Positions 39,690 to 53,676 of a stretch of 64,000 nucleotides of DNA are shown one piece after another. Source of the DNA: Bigelowiella natans CCMP2755 (taxonomy: Eukaryota; Protista; Cercozoa); NCBI GenBank assembly GCA_000320545.1, contig ADNK01001415.1:22411-86410 (forward strand), given 5' to 3'. Numbering within the stretch: the stretch's first letter is position 1; every line of letters starts with the position of its first letter. The notes beneath the pieces were generated by a model. It ran no database searches. It was not told the DNA's origin and saw only the letters and a program-made list of their open reading frames with translations. A program made the translations under genes and the position numbers.

Positions 39690-40780
39690 TAGTTCGAGGC
39701 ACTGCGTTTCGCACACTACAAACGTCTTGCGACATTTTGGAAGTGTAGTTTGTCATCATTGTTTCATTGTTTCATTGGAAATGCACGTAGTCGATCTTCA
39801 AAGTTTCTTTCTTTTTTTCTTTCATCCTTTCATGAGTGAGTGATGATGGGAGATGCATTGTGATGCGATTTTGCGAATCTTCAATGCGTTGGCTTTCAAC
39901 AAATCTAGCAGAAATTTGTTCGAGGTGCTGCGTTTCGCACTTTGCAAACGTCTTGCTACACTTTGGAAATGCAGTTCTTGACATTCTTCATCACGTTTGT
40001 TTGTTTGTTTGTTTGTTTGTTTGTTTCGACATTTGCAAATGCACTCCAGCATCAAGTTCATTGTTCATTGTTCAACTTTTTGCGCTTCACAAGCTAGCAA
40101 GTAGCCATGCAACCCACACGCTGGCACGCGCAGTGAAAGTCGTTTGGCGATGTGCATGTGGAACGTTGTGTGTGATGCTGTTGCGACTGTCGAACGACGA
40201 CATTCATAGCAAAATTGCACGCTGGCTAACATGCATCAACGACTCGAGAACAAATGATGTCGATGCAAATGCATCAAGCCACATTGTGATGAAATGCAGA
40301 ATTTCGATGTGCAGTGCACGCGTGATGAAATGCCACAGCTTCGCTCCACGACCAGTCCATGAGTACGGTTCCAGCTTTGTGCAATTGTAATTTTCTGTCT
40401 GATTTCTTGTTGGTGGCTTCCAACAAACAGCACTAGATAGAGCAATTGACCTTTTTTCATTTGAAATGCTCGATCCATTGAGCTAGAAGGAGTTCATCAT
40501 CGTGCATTCGATTCATTCAATGGGGCGTGCGTGCTGTGCCGCACAGCAAACTTGCAAGCGCAGAGCAACATGCACTAGTGCATGCGGCCGCGAACCCAAC
40601 GTCCAAAACCGGAATTCATTGATGCATGACAACAAGCATGTGCGCGCAGGACACATTTGGGCACCAGTTTGTGCGTATTCATGTACATGTGTGTGTATGT
40701 GTATGTACACATGAAATAAATAAAATGCAATTGTTACCGTTCTACAATGAACACTTGATTCTAGAGCTGGCTCATGTACG
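39690..40780. other. Palindrome/RY-rich spacer S8 (head-to-tail junction) with two direct copies of the S5 repeat
   Basis: gttcgaggcactgcgtttcgcac (39692) and gttcgaggtgctgcgtttcgcac (39918), followed by CATG/TGCA/CTAG-rich DNA. Confidence 0.75.
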
Positions 40781-40886
40781 ATGATCCAACTATAGTGTAT
40801 CAGAAGGTAAACATCATGTATGTTCTCGCATTACGAATCTAACATAATTGCTATACCGATTGGCACCTTGCCCTTAACCTGGTCTT

Positions 40887-41878
40887 CTAATAAGGTTTTA
40901 CACGGACATTCCTCTTGGCAGTCTTTATCTTCCGTGTCGATGAACTTCTGACATTGTCAGCGGCTATTGAGTCCTTATCTTCCACCGATTTACTTGCCTT
41001 CACTTCTTCTTGGGGCTTCTTTTCTGAGGAAGTGGATGTATCCTTCGCACTCTTCGACTTGGATTTCCCTTGCATTCGTTTCAATTTTTCTTCTATCGCG
41101 CGAATTTTGTCTGCAGTGCTCATAATACTTGACTCCTTACCTTTTAACGCATTTCTATCTGACATGCTTTTATCGTTGTCATCATCCTGTGTTAATAATT
41201 TCACTGTAATATCGTGTTGATAGTTGAAGATTGTGTTTAAATTTTTCAGTGAGCTCGAATATACTTCACCTGGTGAGCAAATCGCACTGCTATGCGCCTA
41301 CCAAGACAGAGTTTCCCATCCATTGCCTTTTGTGCTTTTGCACACGCCTGATAAAGATATTATAGTGACTATAATGGAGATAACAGCGCCTGCAATAGAT
41401 GATGATGGTAGTTGTGGTGATACCGAATAAGATGGCGGCTTACCGTTGATTACACAAAAAAAATGACAAGATAAAATTGCCTTCTGTTTGACTGGCATCG
41501 ACAGATGTTCAAGTTTCAAAACTGGATAGAATCCCTGCTGACCTCTTTTGTTCGATATTCGACAAATGCATAGCCCCTGGGGGCACCCCGATTCTCCCCG
41601 GTTGTATGCCAGACAAAGTTTTCCCTCGTAATGGTCCCAAACGGTTCGAATAGCTTAATGATCATGTACCTAGTTAGTTTGCAGCATCTTGTGATCATCC
41701 ACAAAAAGAAGGATAAAGCCTTTTCTCATCCGTACTCTGTAACTCTTCGGTCCAAGTTGCCAACATATATGGTTCTCGACTTGTCTGTGACAGTGGTTTG
41801 GTTGCGATGAAATCGCGCAGTCCCTTGAGACCCAAGTGCCTTCTTCTTGCCTTTCTCTAGATTGTTGGAGCGGATCAT
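40887..41878 (-). CDS. RBM18: RRM protein RBM18-like (multi-exon; start uncertain)
   Basis: IYVGNLDRRVTE|YMIIKLFEPFG...GAPRGYAFVEY; AMDGKLCLGRRIAVRFA; C-terminal STADKIRAIEEKLKRM. Confidence 0.82.
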
Positions 41879-42536
41879 ATGTACATTTCCTCTCCTTCTC
41901 TTGGACTTTGCGAGTGGGGAGCAAGTAGGAGGTGAGCAGAGAAGGGATGGGCAAGCTACTCGAAGAATGGTAAATAACCTGTTATAAACCTAAAATCATC
42001 ATCATCACCATCATCATCACTAAGTAGTTTCTGGTTATTTTATTTGTCTAACAACGATCGATCAAAAATAGACTCAGCTGCAAAAAATGTGAGATATCCG
42101 AAAGTAATCAGAAAAGAGTAAAATACATATTAAAATGAATCACGCGGAAAAGAATCGAGCGACATCGTTTTTTGTATATAATCATGGAAATATCGTAGGA
42201 ATATTGATGTGATCAATCACATTCTTCTTCTTCATTCTTCATTCTCCTTCTACTTCCACTTGATCAGTTCAGTGGAAGACGAACACTTCTCGTAAGCGAA
42301 CTACCGCCCCCCCCAACAGGCCCTGACGACACCGCTGGACGTCGTAGTTACCGTGGTCTCAAATATAGCGTAGCGCCTATGTCAATTCTGAGATACCTAC
42401 AGTGATTTCTGTCGGGGTCGGGCCATTGAACCAAAACCTACCCGGAGGATTTTTTACTTGAGGAAGAAAAGATTAGACGCTGGCCGATGCTACGATTTGA
42501 CGAGTTACCATAGACTCTGAGGCTCCTAAAGCGACT

Positions 42537-43900
42537 ATGGATCGTCAAACTCAAAAGGTCTCTCTATCAGTCAAAATTACGAAAAGTGTCAATGCTTATC
42601 ATACAATCAGACTATCGACGCGCTCATAGCAAGCAAAGCCGTCAATACAGCGATCGATTTGCGGGGAAGGACCTGCCTTAGCATCGCAAGTTCATGTGGA
42701 CACATTCCGACTGTAAAGGTATTCTTGTGGTCAAGGTTTGAATTTGTCACTAATGTAGTCTTCGAATGCATCAGTCCATCTTGAAAGCGAAAGCGCGAGT
42801 AGACCAGCGACTTAAGGTAGTTAAGACGGATTTCTAAAAGTGGAGAATTTTCCTGGTCTGATATATGATGTTAGTCAGGATCAACGGCCTTGATAGTTGC
42901 AGCTCAAAACGGGTTTCTCCACCTCCAAAGAATCTTGAAAGCATTTCGGTTGACAGTAACTAATCAGGCACGTATCTATCTTGGAGGTTCTCATTGGTGC
43001 CCGAGCCAACGTCAATATTGCATCAAAAACTGGGATGACAGCTTTAATCGCTGCATGCTCTGCTGGAAGCTTCAGAGCGACGAAATTACTGTATTAAATG
43101 TTATTCGAGTGGTTGTACTTGTCGGTTCTCTGATTTGCTGATGCAGGCTAGATGCGAAAGCGGATCCAAATTTGAGAACAAAAAAACACGGAAGGGTAGC
43201 TCTGCATGTTATTGGCGGCAGTAGACAGGTGAAAATTTCTTTTGGTCTCTATGAACGCCTTACCTATGATGAATACTCCTTGTAGGTCACCATGGTGCAG
43301 CTGCTGGTGGAAAACAGTGCGAGAATCAACATGAAAGACAATGTTGGTCTAATAAATTAAGTTTTTTGAAGAGTATCACATAGCCACTTTTGTCTCATCC
43401 TCGCTAGGATGGCAATACACCGGTCCGTGCAGCAGTAGATCGAAGTCAGGACAAAGTCGTTAGACATCTTCTCGAAAACAAAGCAAACCCTTCCTTGCCA
43501 AATAAGGTGGTATTCTTGCATCGACACCGCTGCGTAATCTGATATTGACGGACTCTCGAAGGTAAACCAAACTCCTCTAATGGCGGCGGCTTGGGGCGGC
43601 CAGGTCATACCAAACATATTACGCTGAGGAGGACGAAAATTAAAATTTGGTGTTTTCCCAGCTTGCCTCCACAAGAGCTCTTCTCTTCTTCAAGGCAGAT
43701 ATTGGTCACACAGATAAGGTTAGATGTCAGTTTTGATGTCCATAATATTCCACATCAGAAAGAAGTTCGTTCTGCCAGTGCGTTTCAACGTATATCATGT
43801 GTATTCATCAAAGGGTGGTAAAAAAGCTGCTACTCTTGCCTCTGAGCATGGACGACATAGCCTTGCGAAACTGATCTTGGAATGGCCGCAGCATGTAATA

Positions 43901-43950
<50 letters not shown>

Positions 43951-44474
43951 ATCTGATTTTGTTCTCTTCACTTGGACGATTGACACGTGCAGAGAAGGAG
44001 AATTCTCGGCCGATATCTTGTCTGCCTTCTCGACAATCTCTCTCGCAGTACGGAGGTATTGCAGATGATACATAGGTGGATCAGTGGTAAGAAACTAGAT
44101 TGTCTTACCAGGTATCGCTTTTGATCATGGAATACCTGAATGGGGATCTTGAGGAAACAGGCGTATCTTTTGCTCCTGGGAGTCCATTAGAACAGGTAGA
44201 TACTGTAGTATTTTGTAATGATAACAGAATCGAAGGTAGATGTCTAATGTATATTTTTGGACAGTTGAAGCTTCAGTACTTAGATGCTGAGGAGGAACGG
44301 GACCGGAAAGGTGCAGGAAAGAGATCATCGCGAGTGAAAGGAAACAATTTAATAGGTGATTCACAGAAAGTATCAAAGGGGAGTAAGAAGACAATTATCG
44401 GTGACTATTGTGATTCGGAAGACGAAAATATTTACGAGTCTTCGGTAGAATCGCTTACAGCCGCATGGGATTAA
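42537..44474 (+). CDS. Ankyrin-repeat protein (multi-exon)
   Basis: Successive ANK repeats: GRTCLSIASSCGH, GSTALIVAAQNGH, GMTALIAACSAG, GRVALHVIG, GNTPVRAAV, NQTPLMAAAWGG, ATLASEHGRH; acidic C-terminus. Confidence 0.85.
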
Positions 44475-44549
44475 TGAAGTAAGCCGATTTGAAATCAATG
44501 CTCCTGGATCCTTGTCCTCGCGACACTAAGACAGCCCATCTCTATAAAT

Positions 44550-44900
44550 ACACGTGCCGTACACGCACCTTCATGTCACTATACATGTACAATGTACAAG
44601 CGTAATGATTTCAGCCCGATGCGACAATGTTGCACGTTGCACGTCCGCCATGCGTAATTGATGTGCATGGCGTACGGGATGCTATGTGTCCACCACACGC
44701 GCACACGCGAAATATAATGCAACAGCAGCACTGCTTGTCTGCCGCCTAGCTGCATGCACGTACAGAAGCGTGCCATCCCCATCTCTTGCATATTCCGCAC
44801 ACAAACATCGTGTGTAGATCCGAACATGCATGCAGCAGCCTATGCATAACACATATGAGCGCTATGCTAGCTGCTTAGTGAATGTATGCTGAGAGCTTGC
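44550..44900. other. Palindrome/RY-rich intergenic spacer S9 (convergent junction, short)
   Basis: cctagctgcatgcacgtac, catgcatgcagc, ctatgctagctgc. Confidence 0.7.
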
Positions 44901-45024
44901 AGTGGCTTCCATTTACTAGAGTATTAATTTCATTACATATTGCGACGAATTCAAATTCTTCGCTTATTTGCTGATTGCTGATTACACGATAAGATCCAAT
45001 AACCTAGTTTCCATCTTGTCTTGA

Positions 45025-45445
45025 CTATTTGTACACTTGTTTGAATTGTTGCTCTGAAATCACAATTAATTAGATTAAATACACATCGAAAAATAATATT
45101 AGATAACAGACGACGGGACGAACCTAAATTCTTTGTGTATCGGTCTAGTTTTGATACCACATCTTCAAGCCTTGCAACCTGTGTAGCGTCGCAATAACTT
45201 AACCCAAGCAGACTAAAAGGTCAAAATGACTTGACTGTTACGTACGTTATCGTGCAGTGTGTTTATCTGCTTCAGGTGCGGTTCTATCTTTTTGTCTGCC
45301 AAAATGGTTACCGTGTAAATGTCACCAAACGTTACGAGAATAGGAGGATATTTTATTACATTTGTCGTCCAGATCGCGTAGGAAGACATTTAATTTCGCT
45401 GCCTTTTCTTGCATGTCCTTATACTGTAGAAAATTCATGAGGAAA

Positions 45446-45485
<40 letters not shown>

Positions 45486-46071
45486 ACAGAAAAGTCTTAC
45501 CCTGTTTGCAACAACGAGATTTAACTTTCCAAGGAGCTGATACTCATGCGTAGAAGCTGTGACAAAGATACGAGTTCAGTTTTTTTTTCCTGTAACAAAT
45601 TGCCAAGCTAGCGGAGGTATTACCAGATATCTCTGCGTTCATATAATCTCCTAGTTTCATGAAAACTTCCTTTGATAGCCTTTCAAGCTTGGGGTTCTCA
45701 GGTAGAGGTTGGGGACCAGATACCTATTCAGTTAGCAGGTGGGACATTCTCTTTAATTTCAAACAGGATTTCTTCGTAGATCTTCACTCATACACTTCCA
45801 CGATCACTTACGGTTCCAGTTTTCGCGTCTCCTCTTTCCTCCCCTGTTGCCACGCCTGCTTGTGTGTCTTTGGCTTGATCGCCATCCTGATGGGGAAAAC
45901 GTGGGGGAACAGTTAAGAGTATACCACCGAGGAACTTGGATTCGTTTCGATTTCCAGGTTTGTGTATATACATGGAAGATACGCCCGATGGTCAGAGTGT
46001 CATCACCAAATCAAGTTTAATCTATCTTTGAAGGTGTGTTTGATAACCTGAGAAGTGGGGTTCGTCTCCAT
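45025..46071 (-). CDS. BLOC1S2: BLOC-1 subunit 2 (BLOS2), multi-exon
   Basis: LSKEVFMKLGDYMNAEIS|ASTHEYQLLGKLN..|YKDMQEKA..LRDLDDK|YKKIEPHLKQINTL|VARLEDVVSKLDRYTKNL|EQQFKQ. Confidence 0.85.
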
Positions 46072-46431
46072 TCTTTCAGGCAAGGCTCTTCCTTGATCCA
46101 CGTGCTTATTCTGTTAACGGAAGTGGGCACAAGTGTGAGTGAGAGAGTGAGCTCGTTGGAGGAAGGAAGGGGCCCACCTTATAAGTGGTAGTAGTGCCTG
46201 AGAGACTGGGTTGTGAGCGAGTCGTCAATACATATTTTGGTACTTTTATTTAAGATGTTTCCGTTATAATATTTAAAGAAATACTTGGTTCAGTTATGGT
46301 TTTGCTCTGTTCGCGTGAAAAATATTTATACTCGTATGGAAGATATGTGTCGCATTTTTTTTTGGGCTAATATTCGTTGTTGTTTGTGTTGCGTCAGCAG
46401 AACTCGTCGACTCGTCGACTCGTCGATTCTA

Positions 46432-48308
46432 ATGGAGGACAATGACGAGGGGTTCGACTCTGATGGGTTCGCTTCCATCGACGAGAACGAAGGCGCTGAG
46501 GATTTTGGTGACGGCGAAGAGGAGGCTTGGGGCGGAGATGACGATTTTGGCGCCGAAGACCCAGGTTCTTTTCAGTTTTATAAGAAATACAAGCCCTGTA
46601 CAATAAAACTATTCATGTAGATCTGGAGGGGCAGATGGAGATTTTGGATTCAAAGACTGTACAGAAGATGATGGTTTGAATTCTACGAACATAACCACCA
46701 TTAAAGTGATTGGGTTATATATCACTGCTCACAAATCGTTAAGTATCTGCGCTTCGTTCGAATGAGAGAATTTTGTGCTCCTAGGACACTGTGGTAGATA
46801 ACATGGCCGGAATAGTAAACATACCAAAACCCGTGTGTGTAAAGTTGTTGCAGACACTAAGGTTTGGTTTTATATTTTCTTTCGATGATTAAACAACTAT
46901 TCAATGCAGATTTCTTTCTACCTCCCTCAGATGGAACGAAGAAAAACTTACGACACAATTCTTTGAGGGGAGAAAGGAATTGCTGCAAAAGCACGGGCTA
47001 GAGAGTCCTTTTCTAACGCCCAAAACGATCGATAAATCAAGTATCGTCTGTCAGATCTGCTTCGACGAAGTGGAGTTACAGAAAGCCTTTTCACTGGGAT
47101 GCAATCACTGGTTTTGAGTTTCTATTCCCCCTTGAGAGTACCTTCTTCCCAGGAATGAGAGAAAGATAGATGCTGATTATAGTACAAGAAAGAATACGAT
47201 ATTATTGTGTATGCACACGTTTCTCAGAAAATACCATGTCTCCAACCCCTGCATTTCTGGTTTTCCCTCCCACCGTAGGTTTTGTAACTCATGCTGGAAG
47301 CTTTACCTGACCGATAAAGTTAAGACAGCGGGAACACGCTGCATCCTTAGCACTTGCCCCGCTTTCAAATGCAACACGATTGTCCCAGATAATGCCTTTG
47401 CAAGATTTCTAGAGAAAGGGCTAGTCGAAAAATATCGTCACGCATCTCTGAACGCCTTCGTTACCCAGAAAAGGGAACTTCGGTGGTGTCCTGGCACGCG
47501 GTGTGATCGAGTTATCAAAGCTGGTGCAGCAGTAACGACGGTTAAGTGCATCTGTGGCCAATCATTCTGCTTTAAATGTAGTGAGGAAGCGCATAACCCC
47601 GTAACGTGTGATCAAGTGAGTCAATGGCAAGCCAAGTGCGACAAGGAGTCGGAAACTGCTCAGTGGATCATCTCGAATACAAGGAAGTGCCCCAAGTGCT
47701 TGGTCAGAATAGAGAAAAACCAAGGCTGTAACCATATGACCTGCCAATTTTGTAAACACGAATTCTGCTGGGTATGCATGGGTCCTTGGAGCGATCACGG
47801 TAACCATACAGGAGGTTTCTACAAGTGCAACAAATACAATCCCCATTTGCAGAAAAACAAAGACGAATCCAAAGCTGAGTTGGACCGCTTTCTGCATTAT
47901 TATCAACGATACCACAATCATGACCAAGCCCGTAAGTTTGCAAAGAAACAGATAGAAATTGCAGAGAAGCGAATGGCTGACCTTTATGCAAAGGGGGAAG
48001 AGACTCCCCAATGGCAAAGTGTCCAATTTTTGCGCAAATCTACTGTACAAGTGCTAGAGTGTCGTCGTGTGTTAAAATACACATATGTCTATGGATACTA
48101 TTGCCATGATGCCAAAGAAAGAGAGCTTTTCGAATTCCTTCAAGAGGACCTAGAAAAGGCTACAGAAAAACTTTCTGAATTGAGCGAGCAGCCACTAGAG
48201 AGTCTTCAGCGGCAAGAGGTAGTTGACTTTACAATGTTCACTCAAAAATTCACAGACAATCTGTTGCGTGGCCTTGTGAATGGTCTCACCAAAGTGCGTG
48301 GAGAATGA
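46432..48308 (+). CDS. ARIH1: Ariadne-family RBR E3 ubiquitin ligase
   Basis: Acidic N-terminus, RING1 (CQICFD..GCNHW|FCNSCW), IBR (WCPGTRC..CICGQSFCFKC..HNPVTC), RING2 (CPKC..IEKNQGCNHMTC) and Ariadne domain (RFLHYYQRY, ECRRVLKYTY). Confidence 0.93.
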
Positions 48309-48369
48309 TGCTGCTGGATCTATGCTTTAAATAGTCGAAGATCATCGAATTTAGTTGTAAAGTGCCTTC

Positions 48370-48860
48370 TAGGCAATCGTAATGCCATGTATGTGATCTA
48401 GAGTGATAGTCAGCAATGTGCAATTGAAATAAAATGTTCTGCTTGTTTTTGCGGATTTGTCATTACACATTCTTGTGTAATTTCTACATCTAGTGCAGGC
48501 AATGCATAAGCTAGCAGCTGGGTACTCTGCGACTAACGATGGCTGTATGCGCTCGTAACGTTCGTCACATACATGTAGCGATGTCTGATGTGCGTTTAGC
48601 AAGTTCTGCCAGCGTTGTGCATCCCTTGCTCGCTCCGCTCGGCCAACACATGCACGCCGCGCCTGCATGGCCGGAGCTTAACAGCTGTGGATGACTCTTC
48701 TATCTAGCTATGCGCATGCTAGCATGTTGTGACGCCTGCAAATTCTAGAGATGGGTGCAATTCCATGCGAGCACGATAATTGCAAGCAATAACCTACATG
48801 CAACAGCTAGATGCAGGCATGCTAGCGAGCATGATGACATCTATTGTGTGAGCTAGCTGG
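48370..48860. other. Palindrome/RY-rich intergenic spacer S10 (convergent junction)
   Basis: ctagctatgcgcatgctagcatg, gcaggcatgctagcgagcatg. Confidence 0.72.
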
Positions 48861-48956
48861 TTTTAAAGTAACTTTAAATTTTACTTTGCATATAATTGAA
48901 AGCAATAGCAGTTGGTGGCTCAACGACGACGAGCAATGAAACTACTCGGAAGTCAT

Positions 48957-51900
48957 TCAGTTGGATTTAGATTCAGCCGGATTCTTATCACACCACATCT
49001 TTGCATTCTGGAACATTTGCAACCAGGGCCCCACCTCCAATTTCTCCCTCATCTCGGGAGTCATGTAAGGCCATTGCCACTTCTGGTAACAGCGTTCTGG
49101 ATGCGGCATGATAGCGAGGTGCCTTCCATCCTTGGAGCACAGCCCAGCGATACCGTCAGTTGATCCGTTCGGGTTAAATGGATAAGTCATGGTCTTCTTT
49201 CCGCTGTCATCAACATAACGCATAGGAATCAAACCGCTACTAAGGGCCATGTCCTGAATCTTCTTGTCAGGGAAGTATGCTTTGCCTTCGCCGTGAGCGA
49301 CCCACACGCCAAGCACGGAATCCTCCATACCACTAAACATAATAGCAGGGGACTTTTCGATCTTGACGGCGGACCACCTCGATTCAAACCTGCCGCTTTC
49401 GTTGTGTATGAACCGGGGCTGTGCCTTCTGGTCGAGGGAATCAGGGCCAACCGGCACCCAGCCTAGGAGCGCCATCAGCTGGCAGCCATTGCACACGCCG
49501 AGGGAGAACGTATCGCTCCGCTTGTAGAACTTGGAAAACTGCTCAGATATGACAGAGTTGTACTTGATCGTACCAGCCCATCCTTTGGCCGAATCAAGCG
49601 TATCTGCGAAGCTGAACCCGCCGACAAATACAACACCGCGGAACGCGTCCAAAGTTACCCTTTTTTCCGCGATGTCCGACATGTGAATGTCCCAAGCCTC
49701 GAATCCAGCTTCGTGGAAAGCTGCTAGCATTTCCCTGTCGCCGTTTGACCCTTCCTGTCGGACAACTGCCACTTTATGCTTAGCGGTTTTTGAATTGCTA
49801 CCTTTCGTAGGCTGCGGAGAGAAGGTCAGCTTGTATGGAGGCCCAGTTCGGCTCTTGAGTGTGTCTTGTTCTTGCTTCACGCACCGGGGGTTGCACTGGC
49901 GCTTCTCCAGTTGGAAAGATGTCTCTTCCCAAAGATCTCGGAGGGCAGGAACAGCGCCCTCAAACACACACTTGCCGTCAAGCTTCACGCTGATTTTTTG
50001 GTCTGAGCGAGTCGATCCAATGGGCACGCACACGACCCCAGCCTTCTTGGCCTCTGCCATCACAGCTTGCACGTTCTTCTCGGAAACCTCCAGAACCAAT
50101 CCTACTTCTTCGTTGAATAAGAAATCAACACCCCCGGCTTTGTTGATAACATCCTTCGAGTAGACGGCGTCTGCGGATACATCCAAGTCAAAGCCAATGT
50201 TCCCTGTGAACGCCATCTCCAGCACGGTCACGAGCAGACCGCCATCACTTCGATCGTGTCCTGACGCAATGAGCCCCTTAGCAATTAGCCCTTGCGTGCA
50301 GGTAAACATGCTCTTGAACTGCTTCACGTTCTCCACATCAGGTGTCTGGTTTCCTAGCTGTTTGTAGACCTGGGCAACGGAAGATCCTCCCATACGACAC
50401 TTCTTCCCGTTGTCAAGAGCAAATAGCAGAAGCTTGCCATCATTCTTAAGCTTCAGGTCAGGAGTGACCTTGACGTTGATGTCGGCCATGGAACAGTACG
50501 CGGAAATGACAAGAGCTCCAGGGCATTTGACAGGCTTGTCTTCTCCAGGGGCATTGGCGGCCATCGAGAGAGAGTCCTTCCCCCCGTCCAGAGCGCATCC
50601 CAGCTCGATCATCATACTAGACATCGCTTCGGCAGCTTCGTACATTGCGGCGGCGCCGCCATCAAACTTGGCGGCCCACATCCAGTTCCCGCTCGCCTTT
50701 ATGTTGGAGATATCCGTGATCTTGGCAAATACGAGGTTGGAAAGAGCTTCGGCGACAGACATACGAGCGGAAGCAGCTGCGTCGAGAAGGCCCTTGATAG
50801 GCTGCTCGCCAATCGCGGTTGCAGCCCCAGTGACCTCCTTGTACGACTGTGCTATGACCGCATAGTCCGATAGAGGGATGTGGAGAGGGCCCACGCACTG
50901 CTGCTGTGCAATCTTTCCCGTTACAGATCTATCTACCTTGTTCGTCAGGTACCGCTTCGATCCTACCGACACTAGGCGGAGAACCCTGCCAAGGACGTCT
51001 TTCACAGTTGTCCCAGAAGGTATCTTGAACGGATCGAGCTCAGCTGTGAGGGTATTGGATTTGAACGTCTTCGGTGGCAGCTTGCCCAACACGTCCTCGA
51101 GTGCTAAGTCGACAGGCTTCTTGCCTTCATGATCCACAGCAACGACACGCCCGTCACCGGTCACATGCCCAACCACCGAGAAAGGGGCATTTTCGCGTTT
51201 GCAGATAGCGGTGAATCTCTCCAGGTCTTTTGGCTTCAGTAACAGCGCATCGTTCTCTTGGTACTCTGCTCCCCAGAGCTCGAGAGCCGACATCGTAGGA
51301 TCTCCACAAAGCAGCTTCCTCAGGTCGATGTGTGCGCCTGCATTTTCAGCAATCTCCTTGAGGACGTTGCCGTTACCTCCAGCGCCTTGATCATGGATCG
51401 CAACGATCGGATTTGCAGTTCCGAGCTCCACACAGGCACGGATTGCACGGTTCACACGCTGCAGCATTTCCGCATCACCACGCTGAACTGCATTGAAGTC
51501 TAGAGCTTCGGCATTTTCGCCTTGGAACATGGAGGATGCAGCCCCCCCGCCCATTCCGATACGGTAGGCAGGTCCTCCGATCTTTACAATTAGCATGCCT
51601 TTCTCTTCCGCCCCTTTCGCTAGGTGCAGTTCGTCTATTTGTCCAATACCTGATAGGAGGGAAGTACGATGGCGACACATAAGCTCTCAGATGATGTACA
51701 GTGATATGATAATAGAAGGAACTACTCTCCCTCTTTTTTCCTGGAGTCGAGACACGTACTACAACTACTCTACCTGCGGTGAACATGATCGGCTTGATCC
51801 ACTCAATTCTCTCGGTGTCCCCAGACTTTTTCTCTGCATTCTTGGGGGTGAATGCAGGCACGCGCATACCAAATGAACGTGCATATCCACAAATCACGGG

Positions 51901-53676
51901 CTCGCCAAACTTGTTACCATAGTCCGAGGCTCCGTTGGAGGCCTCAATCATGATTTGCAGAGGCGAGGCCTTGTTGGAAGGATACTTGAAGTCTTTATCT
52001 TCCCACGGCAGCTCGTACCCAGGGATGTTAAGGTTTCCAACACAATATGCAGCCGTGCCAGCGAGCACAAGAGAACCTGATCCTGCTGCATGCGTGTCAC
52101 GTAGCCGCCCTCCCGTGCCAGTCTCAGCGCCGGGGAAAGGTGCGATTCCAGAGGGGAAGTTATGGGTTTCAGCCGTGAGGAGGATGTGGTACTGGCGTTC
52201 TTGCTCCGTCATTGCACCTGGGGCGCATCCAGCTGATGTTTTGTCGGGAATCAAGACCTTGATGGGCTTTGGGAAGGTTGCCCCTCTAAGAGCGGAGGAG
52301 TTGTCATGAAAGGCGATAACGGAATTGTTCGGCTTTGAAACTTCGTAGGGCTTCTTGACCAGCTTAAACAACGTCGTCGGCTTCTCCTCTCCATCGATTA
52401 CCATCTTCCCGCCAAAGAACCAATGGCGGGAATGCTCGGAGTTAGACTGGGCCATGTCGTACATCTCAACGGTCGTCGGGTTTCGTTTCAGCTTTCCAGC
52501 AAAAAGATCCATGTAGAGTTTAATGTCTTGCTCGTCAAAACCAAATCCATGTTCCGTGGAGGCCTTCCTCAAGGCATCAGCTCCCTTCCCCATGACATCG
52601 ATGTAATTCCAGGCTTCTGGCTTTTTGTTGAGTTCGAACGTGGTGAGACGACGGGGGTAGACCATCTCAGTCATGCGATCATGAAGAAACGATGCTACTT
52701 TCCTGAGAAGACAACAACCTCAGCGTAATGCATATACTCTGTTTTTCCCCAATCATCACATCGCGCCTACCCTTAATCATACTCAAAAGTATGTTAAATA
52801 TAAACTCACCTCAGCTGATTCTTCTCAAGAGGCGCCTTTGTCTCCAAAAGATAGCGACGAGACCGCTCAACACGAGGTACGACATCTAGGCCGCAAGACT
52901 TGAGGATCTAAAGCAACAAACGTTAAGCCGTACGCCAGAGAACCAAGAATCTCTCACAGAAAGTCAAACAAATTCGCACACTAATTATAGAGCCTCCTCC
53001 TCCTCCTCCTCCTAACCTGGACTGCATTTGATGACCAAGCGGTGGTGAACGTCATCCGGGGTCCCACCTATCGTAGCGCATTAGATTATCGATAATGCAA
53101 GAGAGGCAGCTCTCTGTACCGACTACAAATCTGATGAGATGGGGAAATTGTGTTACTTCTATCAAAGTGGTTCCTGCAGCTTCATTAAGAAAGCTTTTCT
53201 CTCCGAAGGACTCCGGCTCGAAGGTTTCGCGCAGCAGGTATGTTAGTTTCTCCTTCTCTTTTCCGGTAAGAAGATCCTATAATCAACACCGCCACCGACA
53301 TCGAGAGAGAAACATAAAGATGGGTACGATCCTTAAACGACTTAGGAAGATCGAGCAGACTACCTTATCATTGCGATCGACTTGGATATTGAAACAGTAC
53401 TCCGATTTTAAAGAAGAGACGTCGATTCCTTCAGCAGTAATTGCCTGATATATTCACGGAATGAGAACATGTTTTGGATGAGTGATATACAGTCTAATCT
53501 TTGTGTTTTGTAGCACTCCCACAGCTCTCGAAAATTGGTATGAATTTCATTGATCATTCGTCCACCGATATGAGTTCCTGTTCCTGCCCCGTTGTAAGCA
53601 CCGGTTTGCGGAAATAATGGATCAATGGCATGAGGGGCAAGTCTCTGCTGCCTTCCTGAGGTAAAATCATGGTCAT
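48957..53676 (-). CDS. PFAS: Phosphoribosylformylglycinamidine synthase (large PurL), multi-exon
   Basis: GPRMTFTTAWSSNA, DRMTEMVY, QSNSEHSRHWFF, AETHNFPSGIAPFPGAETGTGG, HDQGAGGNGN, YLTNKVDRSVTG, GGKDSLSM, glutaminase GVCNGCQ and MPHPER. Start codon tentative. Confidence 0.97.

Noticed and set aside
49687-52728. Long plus-strand ORFs overlapping PurL
   Set aside because: Antisense shadows of a codon-biased gene with no recognisable motifs.
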